Assembly: GCA_038046005.1 (NCBI GenBank)
Contig: JBBSXB010000001.1
Location: 107,213 to 171,212, forward strand
DNA length: 64,000 bases
Reading direction: 5' to 3'
DNA from: Nanobdellota archaeon
GTDB lineage: Archaea > Nanobdellota > Nanobdellia > Pacearchaeales > GW2011-AR1
The translations under genes were made by a program, and so were the position numbers. Below the pieces are notes generated by a model. That model was given only the letters and a program-made list of their open reading frames with translations. It had not been told where the DNA came from and made no database searches. Shown here piece after piece: positions 47,096-57,326 of the stretch; positions within the stretch are counted from its first letter, which is position 1; each line of letters starts with the position of its first letter.

Positions 47096-47764
47096 CTATC
47101 TTCTGGGGTCTACCATCTTACTGAAAGATGACTGCATCATTTCCATTTCTTTTTTTATTGAGTTAAGATTACTGCCATACGAGCCGATTTTGTCAAGTAT
47201 AGAAATCTGAAGACTGTCTATTATTGATTCAATCCTCTGAAGCTTTTCTTCCATTATTTTCAATTTTGTTTCTGACAAAACTTTGAATTCGTTTAAAGCA
47301 TCTAGTGGCCTTTCAATTTTTTTTATTTTATCAGAAAATACCTGTTCTGCAACTTCTATAAGGGTTGACGTATCTGTTCCAGATGAAGTGTATTCTTGCT
47401 CTTGGGGATAATATTCTTGTGTTTCTTGAGGATAATAAGTATTATCTTGCTGATAATTTTGGTATTGCTGTGGGTACTGTTGTTGGGGTTGGTAAATTTG
47501 CTGTGTCGCCTGATTTTGGGAAAGGTTATTTGGCTGGGGGGCATAAGTATCTTGATTAGACGAAGGATAAGCCTCAGGGGACTGAGAGTAATCTATTATT
47601 GACTGCTGCATCTCATCTCCATAAACTGCGTTTTTTATTTGTGCCTGGTTTAATGCATCCTGAATCTCTTTTGGAGGGACTCCCTGATTTTGGAGATACC
47701 TAATTATCTCAGAGTCATTCTTTCCAGAATTTTTCATCTGCATCACATAATCTAACACTCCCAT
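47096..47764 (-). CDS. Hypothetical protein with Q/Y/P-rich linker and coiled coil
   Basis: Low-complexity QQYPQQ middle; heptad C-terminus. Confidence 0.7.
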   Translation of the reverse strand: MGVLDYVMQMKNSGKNDSEIIRYLQNQGVPPKEIQDALNQAQIKNAVYGDEMQQSIIDYSQSPEAYPSSNQDTYAPQPNNLSQNQATQQIYQPQQQYPQQYQNYQQDNTYYPQETQEYYPQEQEYTSSGTDTSTLIEVAEQVFSDKIKKIERPLDALNEFKVLSETKLKIMEEKLQRIESIIDSLQISILDKIGSYGSNLNSIKKEMEMMQSSFSKMVDPRR

Positions 47765-47801
47765 TTTTCTTTTTTACCTTTTTTGTTAATTTAATGAGTT
47801 C

Positions 47802-48143
47802 TTAGTTCTTTTTTAATTTTTCTAAGTCTGATTTTCTTAAAAAATCCAAAGGCTGGAACATTTTTGCCTGTTTTGACAATATTTCCAAATCTTCTTTCCT
47901 TGCAAATTTAGAGAACTCTGAAGAAGCTGTTTCAACAAAATTTTTTAACCTGTTTAATGTTGATTTTATTTCTTCAAAGTCTTTTTTTAATATTAACACA
48001 TCTTGGGTGAAATTTTCTTTTACTTCTACTAAGTTTTCACCTATCAAAAGAAGTCGGTCTTTTAGTATCCTATTTTTTTCTTCGAGGTCCCTGAGCTTCA
48101 AATTGATGTCTGTGTAATACTGGAAATTATAGTCTTCAGTCAT
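47802..48143 (-). CDS. Coiled-coil hypothetical protein
   Basis: LRDLEEK...FARKEDLEIL. Confidence 0.7.
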   Translation of the reverse strand: MTEDYNFQYYTDINLKLRDLEEKNRILKDRLLLIGENLVEVKENFTQDVLILKKDFEEIKSTLNRLKNFVETASSEFSKFARKEDLEILSKQAKMFQPLDFLRKSDLEKLKKN

Positions 48144-48225
48144 TAGATAGTTAGTATTTATGAGTTTAAAATGTTTTTCGTGTTGATATACAAAATAATT
48201 TAAACTTTCAAATACTCTTCAAACA

Positions 48226-50511
48226 ATGATACCCAATGAAACGCAATTATACTCTTCTGAGGTGAAAAGACAGGGGGGAGAGGATGTTCTTTACATTAAC
48301 TATCTTGGTGCACCTTTTGTTCCAGATGTCGCCGAAAGTCCAGAAGTTATGGAAAGAGTAGTTGACTCTTTGATAAAAAATCCTAACGTTTCGAGGGTTG
48401 TTTTAGTGCAACAAAAAAATTATAATTATGATTCTAGGGAAGTTAATTTTCTTTTAGAGACTGCTCAGCTTTATGTTTTCCTGATAAAACAGGAAAGAAT
48501 TCTTTCTCAAGATAAAATTGTGACTAATATTCCCCAATTTTTTGCAGAAAGATACAACAGGCTTTTTTCGTTTTTGTTTTTGCTGAAGAAAGATCCAGTC
48601 TATGCCTACTTTGAACTGAGGAAAGATCTGATTTCAGCGAGAGTCATGCTTGAAAGAGTCGATGCTTTTTATAAACTGGACCAGGCTAATTATGTTCACT
48701 TTTTAGAGAAGATATTTCAGTTACTAGAAAATTCTAGGCTAATACAATTTCTTCTTCCTTATTTTGAAGATTATAAAAGTGGAAGCAGAGAAATTTATCA
48801 TAAAATATTCAAGCCTGACGTGATACCAAATTTTACTTTTACCCGGCTGGTTTCTGATCTTCCAGATGATGTGGAAATTATTGACCAATACAAAATTAAT
48901 CCTGAAAATTTTGAGGAAGCCATTGTGACAATATTAAAAAGAAAGAATGATGCGAAACTGATATATCATTTAGTTCCTCCTGAAAATTCCCTTCCAGAAG
49001 AACATAACATTCTTTTGAATCTCGCGAGAAGAGTTCTTATAGAGCATCAGCCAAAGGCGGAAGAATTCACAGACACTGAAAGAACTAGGCAGGTTTTTTT
49101 CAACATTTCCAAAGATTTATTGCAAGACTTGGCACAAAGCCAGAGAATAAAACTGAATTATGATGATCTTAATAAACTTGCGACTATTTTAGTAAGACAC
49201 ACTATTGGATTTGGTATTGTTGAAGTCTTGCTTCAGGATAAAAATCTTCAAGATATCTCTCTCAACGCACCAATTTCTCAAACCCCGATTTTTGTAAGAC
49301 ATCAAAAATATGACGAGTGTGTGACAAATGTTTTGCCCAGCCAAGAGGATGCTGATTCTTGGGCAGCCAAATTTAGAGTTATTTCTGGGAGACCTTTGGA
49401 CGAAGCTAATCCTATATTGGACACTCAGCTTGAAATTGGGAAAATTCGAGCGAGAATTGCTATCATCCAGAGACCTTTGTCTCCTGATGGTTTAGCTTAT
49501 TCAATAAGGAGGCATAGGGATGAACCATGGACGCTACCATTGTTTATACAAACAAAAATGTTAAATCCATTTTCGGCCGGGCTTTTGAGTTTTTTAATTG
49601 ATGGGGCAAGGACAATGTTGATAGCCGGAACAAGAAGCTCTGGAAAAACTTCTTTGCTTGGAAGTTTGATGTTGGAGATAATTCCTAAATATCGGGTCAT
49701 TGTTATTGAAGATTCCTTAGAGCTGCCTTTTGATTCCTTAAGGAAATTGGGTTATGATATTTTAAGAATGAAGGTCCGGTCATCTTTACTTAAGGAAACT
49801 TCAGAAGTTTCTGCAGATGATGGAATAAGGACTAGCCTGAGACTTGGGGATTCTTGTCTGATAATTGGGGAGGTCAGGAGTCTTGAAGCCAAGGCCCTTT
49901 ACGAAGCTATGAGGGTTGGTGCACTGGCAAATGTCGTTGCTGGAACAATACACGGAGCCTCACCTTACGGAGTTTTTGACAGGGTTGTAAATGATCTCGA
50001 AGTGCCTGCAACAAGTTTTAAAGCAACAGACATTATCGCTGTTGCGAACCCTATTAAAACTGCTGATGGCCTGCATTCTTGGAGAAGACTTGTCCAGATT
50101 TCTGAAGTCAGGAAACACTGGAGAAAAGATCCATTGGAAGAAAAAGGGTTTGTTGATTTGCTTAACTATAATGTTGAGAAGGATGAGCTAGAGGCCAGCG
50201 AAGATTTAATCAATGGGGACAGCGAAATTATAAAATCAGTTGCCTCAACAGTCAAAGGCTGGGCGGGAAATTGGGATGCAGTTTATGATAATGTATTATT
50301 AAGGGCCAACATAAAAAAAGAAGTTGTTAATATGGCTGAGAAATTAAAAAATCCTCGGCTTCTTGAAGCCGAATTCACTGTCCTGGCCAATGATGCTTTT
50401 CATAAAATATCTTCTAAGGTCAGAGAAGAGATTGGATTGCCATTAAGTGAGAGGGTTTTTCCAGAATGGCAAAAGTGGTTGAACACACAAATTAAGAAAA
50501 AGACAATTTGA
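48226..50511 (+). CDS. Type II/IV secretion / pilus assembly ATPase
   Basis: GTRSSGKTS, VIEDSLEL, LRLGD...GEVRS, GTIHG. Confidence 0.93.
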   Translation: MIPNETQLYSSEVKRQGGEDVLYINYLGAPFVPDVAESPEVMERVVDSLIKNPNVSRVVLVQQKNYNYDSREVNFLLETAQLYVFLIKQERILSQDKIVTNIPQFFAERYNRLFSFLFLLKKDPVYAYFELRKDLISARVMLERVDAFYKLDQANYVHFLEKIFQLLENSRLIQFLLPYFEDYKSGSREIYHKIFKPDVIPNFTFTRLVSDLPDDVEIIDQYKINPENFEEAIVTILKRKNDAKLIYHLVPPENSLPEEHNILLNLARRVLIEHQPKAEEFTDTERTRQVFFNISKDLLQDLAQSQRIKLNYDDLNKLATILVRHTIGFGIVEVLLQDKNLQDISLNAPISQTPIFVRHQKYDECVTNVLPSQEDADSWAAKFRVISGRPLDEANPILDTQLEIGKIRARIAIIQRPLSPDGLAYSIRRHRDEPWTLPLFIQTKMLNPFSAGLLSFLIDGARTMLIAGTRSSGKTSLLGSLMLEIIPKYRVIVIEDSLELPFDSLRKLGYDILRMKVRSSLLKETSEVSADDGIRTSLRLGDSCLIIGEVRSLEAKALYEAMRVGALANVVAGTIHGASPYGVFDRVVNDLEVPATSFKATDIIAVANPIKTADGLHSWRRLVQISEVRKHWRKDPLEEKGFVDLLNYNVEKDELEASEDLINGDSEIIKSVASTVKGWAGNWDAVYDNVLLRANIKKEVVNMAEKLKNPRLLEAEFTVLANDAFHKISSKVREEIGLPLSERVFPEWQKWLNTQIKKKTI

Positions 50512-50624
50512 TTAATGTTGATTCTTTAATTCACTAACTTTATAAATTATCATCGCTATATTGGCCAGACTGAAATTCCTTGAATTTCGTCAAATCAGTT
50601 TATTGCAGGAGGTTAAAACGTATT

Positions 50625-51650
50625 ATGAAGAGGTGGCTCAGTCTTGTATTCGGTCTTTTGGTGATAGGTATCTTAGTTTACGTACTAAAGGATATTGATT
50701 TATATGAGCTTTATCTTATATTTACTTACCTTAATCCATTTTGGCTTTCTTTGGCATTTATTGCAATGTTCTTGACTTTTGTGATATGGGCTCTGAAATT
50801 GATTTATATTTTTAGGCCGTACATAAAGGGAAATTTTTGGTTCTTTCTCCAGGCAATTTTCGCAGGAGCTTTTTTTGCAACGTTAACCCCAGATCCTGGT
50901 TTTAGCGCTGAGCCCGTTAAAGCTTATTTTATTTCTGAGAAATACAAAAAACCAAAAACTAAAGTTTTCAGCTATGTCTTAGCAGAGGCTTTTTTCAGAA
51001 TCTTAGCCTTAATTTTGCTGACATTTATTGCAGTTTTTCTTGTTTTTGTATACCTCGACATTTCTGAAACTTTAAGAATTATTTTTTATGCAATTTTGGT
51101 TTCTATCACTTTAGGGTCAGCTATAGCTTTTTATCTTATAATGAAAAAAAGCCATTTTAAAATAGGGGTACTTTTTAAGAGATTGCACATTTTCAGATTT
51201 ATAAAAAAGAGATTCAAAACCGCTGATGATTTTGAGAAATTCATCAATCATCATGTAAGAAGTTTCGTGAATACGTTCAGGAAGATTGTGAAGGATAAAA
51301 AGAAGGCCTTTATCGGCATTTCTCTTTCAATCGTATTCTGGGTGTTAAATTTCTTGGTTGCTTATTTTTTATTTTTATCTTTTGGAAGGGAAGTTAATAT
51401 TTTTTCCATCGCAGTAGTGTTTGTCATGGGGAGTTTAGTCGGAAGCTTTTCGCCTGTTCCTGGAGGAATTGGAATCACCGAGGGCAGCATGACCCTTCTC
51501 TATTCGGCATTGGGTGTCCCTTTTGCGTTTGCTTTGGTCATATCTTTCCTGCAAAGAATAGTATATTATCTATTCTCTTTGGTTGTCGGAGGTATTTGTT
51601 TTATTAATCTCAAAAGGTCAAACAACGGCGGGAAATTTAGCTTATTCTAA
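50625..51650 (+). CDS. Lysylphosphatidylglycerol synthase TM / UPF0104 flippase-like protein
   Basis: EPVKAY, PVPGGIGITEGSM, QRIVYY. Confidence 0.85.
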   Translation: MKRWLSLVFGLLVIGILVYVLKDIDLYELYLIFTYLNPFWLSLAFIAMFLTFVIWALKLIYIFRPYIKGNFWFFLQAIFAGAFFATLTPDPGFSAEPVKAYFISEKYKKPKTKVFSYVLAEAFFRILALILLTFIAVFLVFVYLDISETLRIIFYAILVSITLGSAIAFYLIMKKSHFKIGVLFKRLHIFRFIKKRFKTADDFEKFINHHVRSFVNTFRKIVKDKKKAFIGISLSIVFWVLNFLVAYFLFLSFGREVNIFSIAVVFVMGSLVGSFSPVPGGIGITEGSMTLLYSALGVPFAFALVISFLQRIVYYLFSLVVGGICFINLKRSNNGGKFSLF

Positions 51651-51699
51651 AGATTTATTAATTGTTTTTGGTTTGTTTAATAATAAAAATTGGTGAAAA

Positions 51700-53850
51700 A
51701 TGCCTCCCAGAAAATCTAGTGTTGAAGACATTCTAAAAAAATATGGGGCAAGAATAGAGAGTCAAATACAGACTTCTGATTCTGGCTATAGCAGCGAGTA
51801 TACAAAGTTTAAGGATGAACTTTCTCCTGAACTAACAAGATATGAAAAGCTCTGCAGATCTTTAGGAAGTTTCATCAGATTAAATATTTCTGAAAAAGAT
51901 AAACAAGCCGTAAGTTCTCAGTTGCGAGCAGCCCATGTTGATGTCGAGCCCTGGCAGGCTTTGAATCTGGCTGTGATGTCTTTTGTGTTTGTATTTGTTT
52001 TGGGAATCTTGATTTCAATCGGAACAGTCTCGATTAATGGAGACTTTGCAAGTTTTCCATTTTTGTTTTTTCTGCTGACTATGATTTTAGCAACGTTCTT
52101 GTTTTATTTCATGAAAGGATATCCAGCAAGACTTGCAAACAGATGGAGACTTAAAGCCTCTTCTCAAATGGTTCCGGCGATACTTTACATTGTGATTTAT
52201 ATGAGGCACACACCTAATTTAGAAAAGGCCATAGCTTTTGCTTCGGAAAATTTGCAGCCTCCTTTAGCCCTGGATTTTAAAAAAGTTTTTTATGATGTTG
52301 AAATTGGTAAATTTTCTAGCATAAAAGATAGCTTGGATAATTATCTTGAAAACTGGAGAGGATATTCTACGGAGTTTATAGAGGCCTTTCATCTTATTGA
52401 AAGCAGCTTGTTTGAACCAGACAATTCCAGAAGAATAATTACTCTGGAAAAAGCGTTGCAAGTTGTCTTGGACGGGATTTATGACAAGATGCTTAAATTT
52501 ACTCATACTGTTCGGTCCCCTTTGACTAATGTTTACATGTTAGGAGTTGTTCTTCCAACCTTGGCATTGGCTTTACTTCCATTGGCATCTGCAATGCTTG
52601 GGGGAATTTTAACTTGGGTTCATGTTGTTATAATTTTTAACTTGATAATTCCATTTTTTGTTTTTTATTTAACGGACAAAATTATGTTTTTGAGGCCTGG
52701 TGGGCATGGAGAAACTTCTTTGCTTGAAAGACACCCATTATACAAAGAATATTCCAGCAAGAAACATTATGTCAATACATTTATCTTAAGCTTGCCCCTA
52801 CTAGTCATAGGATTGCTTCCGCTAATATTTCAGTTTACTCCTATTCCTGCAGTGTTAGGGTTGCAGAAAGATTATACATTCTCTCAATTAGGATTAAATC
52901 TTGGTGATGAGTTTGGGAGCCAGTATTTTTTCGGATTCGCTGACGGAAAAGGTCCTTTTGGCGTTGGCGCTTTAATCTTGGGAATGTTCTTTCCTTTAGG
53001 GATTGCAATGTTTTTTTCAATAGCTCATAAAGACAAAACAAGGAGAATTATTTTGGAGAGAAGAGCAACGAAAGAACTAGAAGAAGAGTTTAACAATTCT
53101 TTATTTCAATTAGGAAATAGAATTGGAAACGGTATGCCTCCAGAGCTAGCTTTTGGAAAAGTTGCTGAGTCTTCAAAAGGATTAAGGACAGAGGAATTTT
53201 TCAAAAGAGTTAATTATAATGTCAGACAGATGGGAATGAGTGTTGAGAGTTCTTTGTTTGATAAAGCTAGAGGAGTTTTGATCTATTATCCTTCTGAGTT
53301 AATTTCTTCGAGTATGAAAATACTTGTTGAGTCTTCCAAAAAAGGGCTTAAGATTGCTGCTTCTAGTTTGATGAGCATTTCAGAATATGTCAAAAATATT
53401 CAGAAAATCAATCTGAGGCTTCAAGATATGCTTGCTGAAATTGTATCTGACATGAAAAGTAACATGGCTTTTTTGGCCCCTTTGCTTTCTGGAATTGTCG
53501 TCGGATTATCTGCAATGATAACGACAATATTAAGTAAGTTAGCGATCTGTGATTCTGCGGGGGCTACTTCTGCAATGGCCGGCCTTGATTTATGTGAAAT
53601 TTTTGACTTTACAACAATGATCCCGCCTTATTTCTTACAAATCTCTATAGGAATTTACCTTATACAGATTATTTTTATTCTTACAAGAACTTTGGTCACT
53701 GTTGACTACGGAGAAGACAGGCTTGAAAGATCAAACCAACTTGCAGGAAATTTAAAATCGGGAATTTTGCTTTATTTCCTAACTGCCTTATTTGCAACTA
53801 TGGCTTTGTTTATACTTGCCAGTATAGTCTTAACTGGCATGGCTAATTAG
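51700..53850 (+). CDS. TadC/PilC-like pilus platform membrane protein
   Basis: Two T2SS-F-like repeats (NLEKAIAFA; GMPPELAF), multi-TM, beside the ATPase. Confidence 0.82.
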   Translation: MPPRKSSVEDILKKYGARIESQIQTSDSGYSSEYTKFKDELSPELTRYEKLCRSLGSFIRLNISEKDKQAVSSQLRAAHVDVEPWQALNLAVMSFVFVFVLGILISIGTVSINGDFASFPFLFFLLTMILATFLFYFMKGYPARLANRWRLKASSQMVPAILYIVIYMRHTPNLEKAIAFASENLQPPLALDFKKVFYDVEIGKFSSIKDSLDNYLENWRGYSTEFIEAFHLIESSLFEPDNSRRIITLEKALQVVLDGIYDKMLKFTHTVRSPLTNVYMLGVVLPTLALALLPLASAMLGGILTWVHVVIIFNLIIPFFVFYLTDKIMFLRPGGHGETSLLERHPLYKEYSSKKHYVNTFILSLPLLVIGLLPLIFQFTPIPAVLGLQKDYTFSQLGLNLGDEFGSQYFFGFADGKGPFGVGALILGMFFPLGIAMFFSIAHKDKTRRIILERRATKELEEEFNNSLFQLGNRIGNGMPPELAFGKVAESSKGLRTEEFFKRVNYNVRQMGMSVESSLFDKARGVLIYYPSELISSSMKILVESSKKGLKIAASSLMSISEYVKNIQKINLRLQDMLAEIVSDMKSNMAFLAPLLSGIVVGLSAMITTILSKLAICDSAGATSAMAGLDLCEIFDFTTMIPPYFLQISIGIYLIQIIFILTRTLVTVDYGEDRLERSNQLAGNLKSGILLYFLTALFATMALFILASIVLTGMAN

Positions 53851-53884
53851 TTAAATTTATTAATGCTTTTTGCTTTGATTCTCC

Positions 53885-54373
53885 ATGAAAAAAGCGGTGA
53901 GGAGAAAAGCTGTAAAGATTTTATCTCGAAGAGAAAGTGTTCCTAAAGGGGTTAAGGTCATCTCTGTTTTGTATTATATTGGTGCCGTCTTATCTTTTGT
54001 TTCAGCCTTGGCTTTTCTTGTCATAGGGATTTGGATTTTAATCAATCCTAGCGCCAGCTTGCAATTTAATTCTCTCATGCGGGGCTTATCTGCAACATTT
54101 GGTTCGGACATTGCTTTCTTCAAGGCTTTTTTAATAATTTTTGGAGTTATACTTGCTGCAATAGGAACTCTTGATTTGTTCATAGCTAGGGGACTTGTTA
54201 AAGGCAAAGCATGGACAAGAATTGTTGTCGTGTTAATTTCAGCCTTCGGATTTTTATCTTCTCTTAGTTCTCTGGTTGGGGGAGATTTAAAGGAAATTTT
54301 TGGACTTGTTATTTCTGGAGCAATTTTTGGATATTTATCCTTTTCTCATTCTGTAAGAAAATTCTTCAGGTAA
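53885..54373 (+). CDS. Four-TM membrane protein
   Basis: PKGVKVISVL, GLVKGKAWTR, VRKFF. Confidence 0.7.
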   Translation: MKKAVRRKAVKILSRRESVPKGVKVISVLYYIGAVLSFVSALAFLVIGIWILINPSASLQFNSLMRGLSATFGSDIAFFKAFLIIFGVILAAIGTLDLFIARGLVKGKAWTRIVVVLISAFGFLSSLSSLVGGDLKEIFGLVISGAIFGYLSFSHSVRKFFR

Positions 54374-54428
54374 AATTTTGAGTATTGGCAATAAGAAGAT
54401 TTATTAATAATTTCTTACTTTTCTATAA

Positions 54429-54590
54429 ATGAAAAAAGGTGAGAAGAGGGGAATGGAAATAGAGATGCTTGGCTGGTGGATTTTGGCCATTGCTGTCTTA
54501 GTCATATCAATCGGAATAATCATTGTGCTAAAAGGAAAAGGGACTAATGCTATAGACTTTATAAAAAATCTTTTTAGGTTTGGTAAATAA
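54429..54590 (+). CDS. 53-aa micro-pilin with class III signal (not in ORF track)
   Basis: MKKGEKRG/MEIEMLGWWILAIAVLVISIGIIIVLKGKGTNAIDFIKNLFRFGK. Confidence 0.8.
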   Translation: MKKGEKRGMEIEMLGWWILAIAVLVISIGIIIVLKGKGTNAIDFIKNLFRFGK

Positions 54591-54739
54591 TGGGGACACA
54601 AATAGGCTTTGATAAAATGATTACTACCATACTGATTGTTTTGGTAGTGGCTGCCGTCTTGTTTTTTATTTTCAAGGCAGATCTTATAAAATGGATAAAA
54701 CAAATTTTTCCAGACTTTGTTTTTAGAGGTCTAATATGA
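54590..54739 (+). CDS. 49-aa pilin-like membrane peptide (not in ORF track)
   Basis: MGTQIGFDKMITTILIVLVVAAVLFFIFKADLIKWIKQIFPDFVFRGLI; overlapping start/stop with both neighbours. Confidence 0.65.
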   Translation: MGTQIGFDKMITTILIVLVVAAVLFFIFKADLIKWIKQIFPDFVFRGLI

Positions 54740-55266
54740 GGGGAAAAAAAGGAGAAGAAGATATTACTAAACCAGAAACTGTTAAAATAATAGTGTCTGT
54801 GTTAGGTATAGTAATATTGCTGGGCTTGTTTGTCGCAATCTATTCGTCTTTTACTAAAACTAGGCTAGACCAGGCAATTCCAACATTGGATCAAATTTCA
54901 CAAGTTATAAGAGAGTTGCGGAAAAATGAGTCGAAAAATTATTTAGTTGAAAGTCCGGGTGCCTGGAATTTAGTTTATTTTTCCAAGAGCGATAAAAAAC
55001 CAGTGTCATGCGGGGGAGAAACCTGTCTCTGCATTTGTGACAGTTCTTGGCTCAATAGTTATGATGCTTCAACCTGCAAAGATAAAAATGGGATTTGCAA
55101 AACTATAAATTATAATATCAGTTTTGAAAAGAGGAATTATCTCAATCTTAATAATCTGCCAAGAGAAATAGTGATAAACAAAACAAAAGAAATGGTGGGC
55201 ATAAGATATTTGATCCCTGATAACAATGCTGGAATGACTAAGGTTTATGGAGAGCCTAAGTTATAA
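54736..55266 (+). CDS. Pilin-like protein, class III signal
   Basis: MRGKKG/EE then hydrophobic helix; Cys-rich head. Confidence 0.75.
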   Translation: MRGKKGEEDITKPETVKIIVSVLGIVILLGLFVAIYSSFTKTRLDQAIPTLDQISQVIRELRKNESKNYLVESPGAWNLVYFSKSDKKPVSCGGETCLCICDSSWLNSYDASTCKDKNGICKTINYNISFEKRNYLNLNNLPREIVINKTKEMVGIRYLIPDNNAGMTKVYGEPKL

Positions 55267-55271
55267 ATAAC

Positions 55272-55403
55272 ATGGAAAAAATAATCTTTAATAAAAGAGC
55301 AGAAATGTCAGAGTTGGTTACGATAATAATATGGATAATTGTTTTTATTGGTGTTTTGGCTGGACTTTATTTTTTAACTAAAAGACTTTTTAATTCAGGA
55401 TGA
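55272..55403 (+). CDS. 43-aa micro-pilin (not in ORF track)
   Basis: MEKIIFNKRA/EMSELVTIIIWIIVFIGVLAGLYFLTKRLFNSG; ATGA overlap with the next gene. Confidence 0.75.
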   Translation: MEKIIFNKRAEMSELVTIIIWIIVFIGVLAGLYFLTKRLFNSG

Positions 55404-56365
55404 TAAAACTTATTAAAAGAAAAAAGGGAGAAGAACCGACATCAAATACATTGAGAAATACTATCATAGTGATTATTGGTTTTGCGCTTATACTTTTTTT
55501 GCTTTATAGGTTAGCATTTTCACAACAAATTGACAGGTCAACATGCCATCTTTCTGTCATTGAAAGAGGGTCGCTTCCAGACACACTTAATATAAAAGAT
55601 CTTATTCCACTTAAATGTGAAACTAGGAAGATTTGTGTTACTGATAAATTAATCGGCAAGGGAGATTGTGAAAAAGAACTTGGAGCAAATTTTGACACTG
55701 TTAGAGTCAGCAGCGATAAAATAAAAATGCAGGAAGACATGAACAAAGTTCTTGCACAAGAGCAAGCTGATTGTTGGAGCATGATGGGTGAGGGAAAAAT
55801 ACAGGTCTTTACGAGAGGGGCACAAAACAAAAATAGGTGTGTTGTTTGCAGCAGAATATCTTTTGATAATAGTGTAACGGAGAAAAATAAAGAAATTCAA
55901 GGGTTTGGAAAGTATATGATTAGCAATAGTGTGCCTAACCAAAATATTTCTTATTGGAATTATACTACATCAGGCGTTCTGCCTAAAGAGTATAATGCTA
56001 GTGTTGACAGATTTGCTACGACTCAAAAAGCAGTGTTGTTTACCGAAGCCGATAGGACTGCTGCTTTGAGTATGTTTCAAGGTAGCACTGGGTTTTTAGC
56101 AGGGTGTTATCTTGGGGCTCAAGGGGGGGCCATATTCGGGGCTTTTGTTGGGTTAGGCGTAGGTTCCATTGTTACTGCGCCAGCAGGTGGAATTGTTGGA
56201 TGTATTGGTGGGGGAATTCTTGGAGGCTTAATTGGTAAAGCTTCTGCACAAGAGATTGATTCTGCCTTAGGCAATGTGGATTATATCTCTGGAAATTTCC
56301 TTGTAGACTATAATGGAGAGGGATTCAAAAGCCAGAATTGTGACTCCTTGGAAAGTGTTCCCTAG
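55400..56365 (+). CDS. Large pilin-like protein with C-terminal glycine zipper
   Basis: KRKKG/EE plus TM helix; Cys pairs; GxxxG run at about aa 230-280. Confidence 0.75.
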   Translation: MIKLIKRKKGEEPTSNTLRNTIIVIIGFALILFLLYRLAFSQQIDRSTCHLSVIERGSLPDTLNIKDLIPLKCETRKICVTDKLIGKGDCEKELGANFDTVRVSSDKIKMQEDMNKVLAQEQADCWSMMGEGKIQVFTRGAQNKNRCVVCSRISFDNSVTEKNKEIQGFGKYMISNSVPNQNISYWNYTTSGVLPKEYNASVDRFATTQKAVLFTEADRTAALSMFQGSTGFLAGCYLGAQGGAIFGAFVGLGVGSIVTAPAGGIVGCIGGGILGGLIGKASAQEIDSALGNVDYISGNFLVDYNGEGFKSQNCDSLESVP

Positions 56366-56399
56366 TTAAGTTTATAATATTTCTATTCCTTTTTAAAAA

Positions 56400-56795
56400 A
56401 TGTTTAGAAGAGGGTTAATAATTAGTAAAAGGGGCGAATCTATTGTCATGTCGGAAATTATTTTTATCATTGTGAATTTGTTGTTTTTTCTTGCGATTCT
56501 TTATTTTGTTAATACTTCCTCTAAGGGTGCTTTAGCTTATGAGCAGGTTTATGCAAAACAAATTGCTTTAGCAATTGATTCTGGAAAACCCTACACTCAA
56601 ATTTCAATTGATTTTTCTAAGGCGTTAGACATCACGAAAGGAAACACTGACAATATAGTCAGCTTCAACAATAACGAGGTAATTGTAAATCTTGGAGGAA
56701 AAGGAGGTTATGGTTTCAAATATTTTTCAGATTATGATGTTGAACATTTTTTTGCTGGAAAAGATTTGGTCATAACATTAAAAGATAAAAAATAA
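56400..56795 (+). CDS. Pilin-like protein, class III signal
   Basis: SKRG/ESIVMSEIIFII. Confidence 0.75.
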   Translation: MFRRGLIISKRGESIVMSEIIFIIVNLLFFLAILYFVNTSSKGALAYEQVYAKQIALAIDSGKPYTQISIDFSKALDITKGNTDNIVSFNNNEVIVNLGGKGGYGFKYFSDYDVEHFFAGKDLVITLKDKK

Positions 56796-56801
56796 TTTAA
56801 A

Positions 56802-57326
56802 ATGCAAAACATAATAAAAGACAAAAAAGGCGATGAAAAATATTTTTCACTCTGGTGGTATCTTGTACTTGCAATTGTCGGATTAGGGGTTGTTATAGCA
56901 GTCTTTATTTTTTATTCATCTCCGATTGATGCAAGAGATGTTGAGTCTAAAATACTCTATGACAAAATTTCAGATTGTTTAGTCAGTGGCGGATTTTTAG
57001 AAAGTGATGCATTAAACAGCAATTTTGATATCTTTGAAAAATGCGGCCTTAACAAAGAAATTTTTTCTGGAGAAACTAGCTTTTATTTTAATATCAGCTT
57101 TGTAAGTGAAAACAAAAAAATAAGAACAGATATAATCCAAGGTGATTTTTCCTATGGGCAAGATTGTGAGATTACTCAAAATATTAAAGCAGATAAATTT
57201 CCAGTTTGTAACAGAAATGTCCAGCCTTTCTTTTATTTTGAAAATGGGGAGATGAAGAAAGGGATTCTACAAGTTTTAACAGCATCAAATCAAGAAGGGA
57301 GGAAAATCCCTGGCATCGGAACATGA
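56802..57326 (+). CDS. Pilin-like protein, class III signal
   Basis: DKKG/DEKYFSLWWYLVL. Confidence 0.75.
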   Translation: MQNIIKDKKGDEKYFSLWWYLVLAIVGLGVVIAVFIFYSSPIDARDVESKILYDKISDCLVSGGFLESDALNSNFDIFEKCGLNKEIFSGETSFYFNISFVSENKKIRTDIIQGDFSYGQDCEITQNIKADKFPVCNRNVQPFFYFENGEMKKGILQVLTASNQEGRKIPGIGT

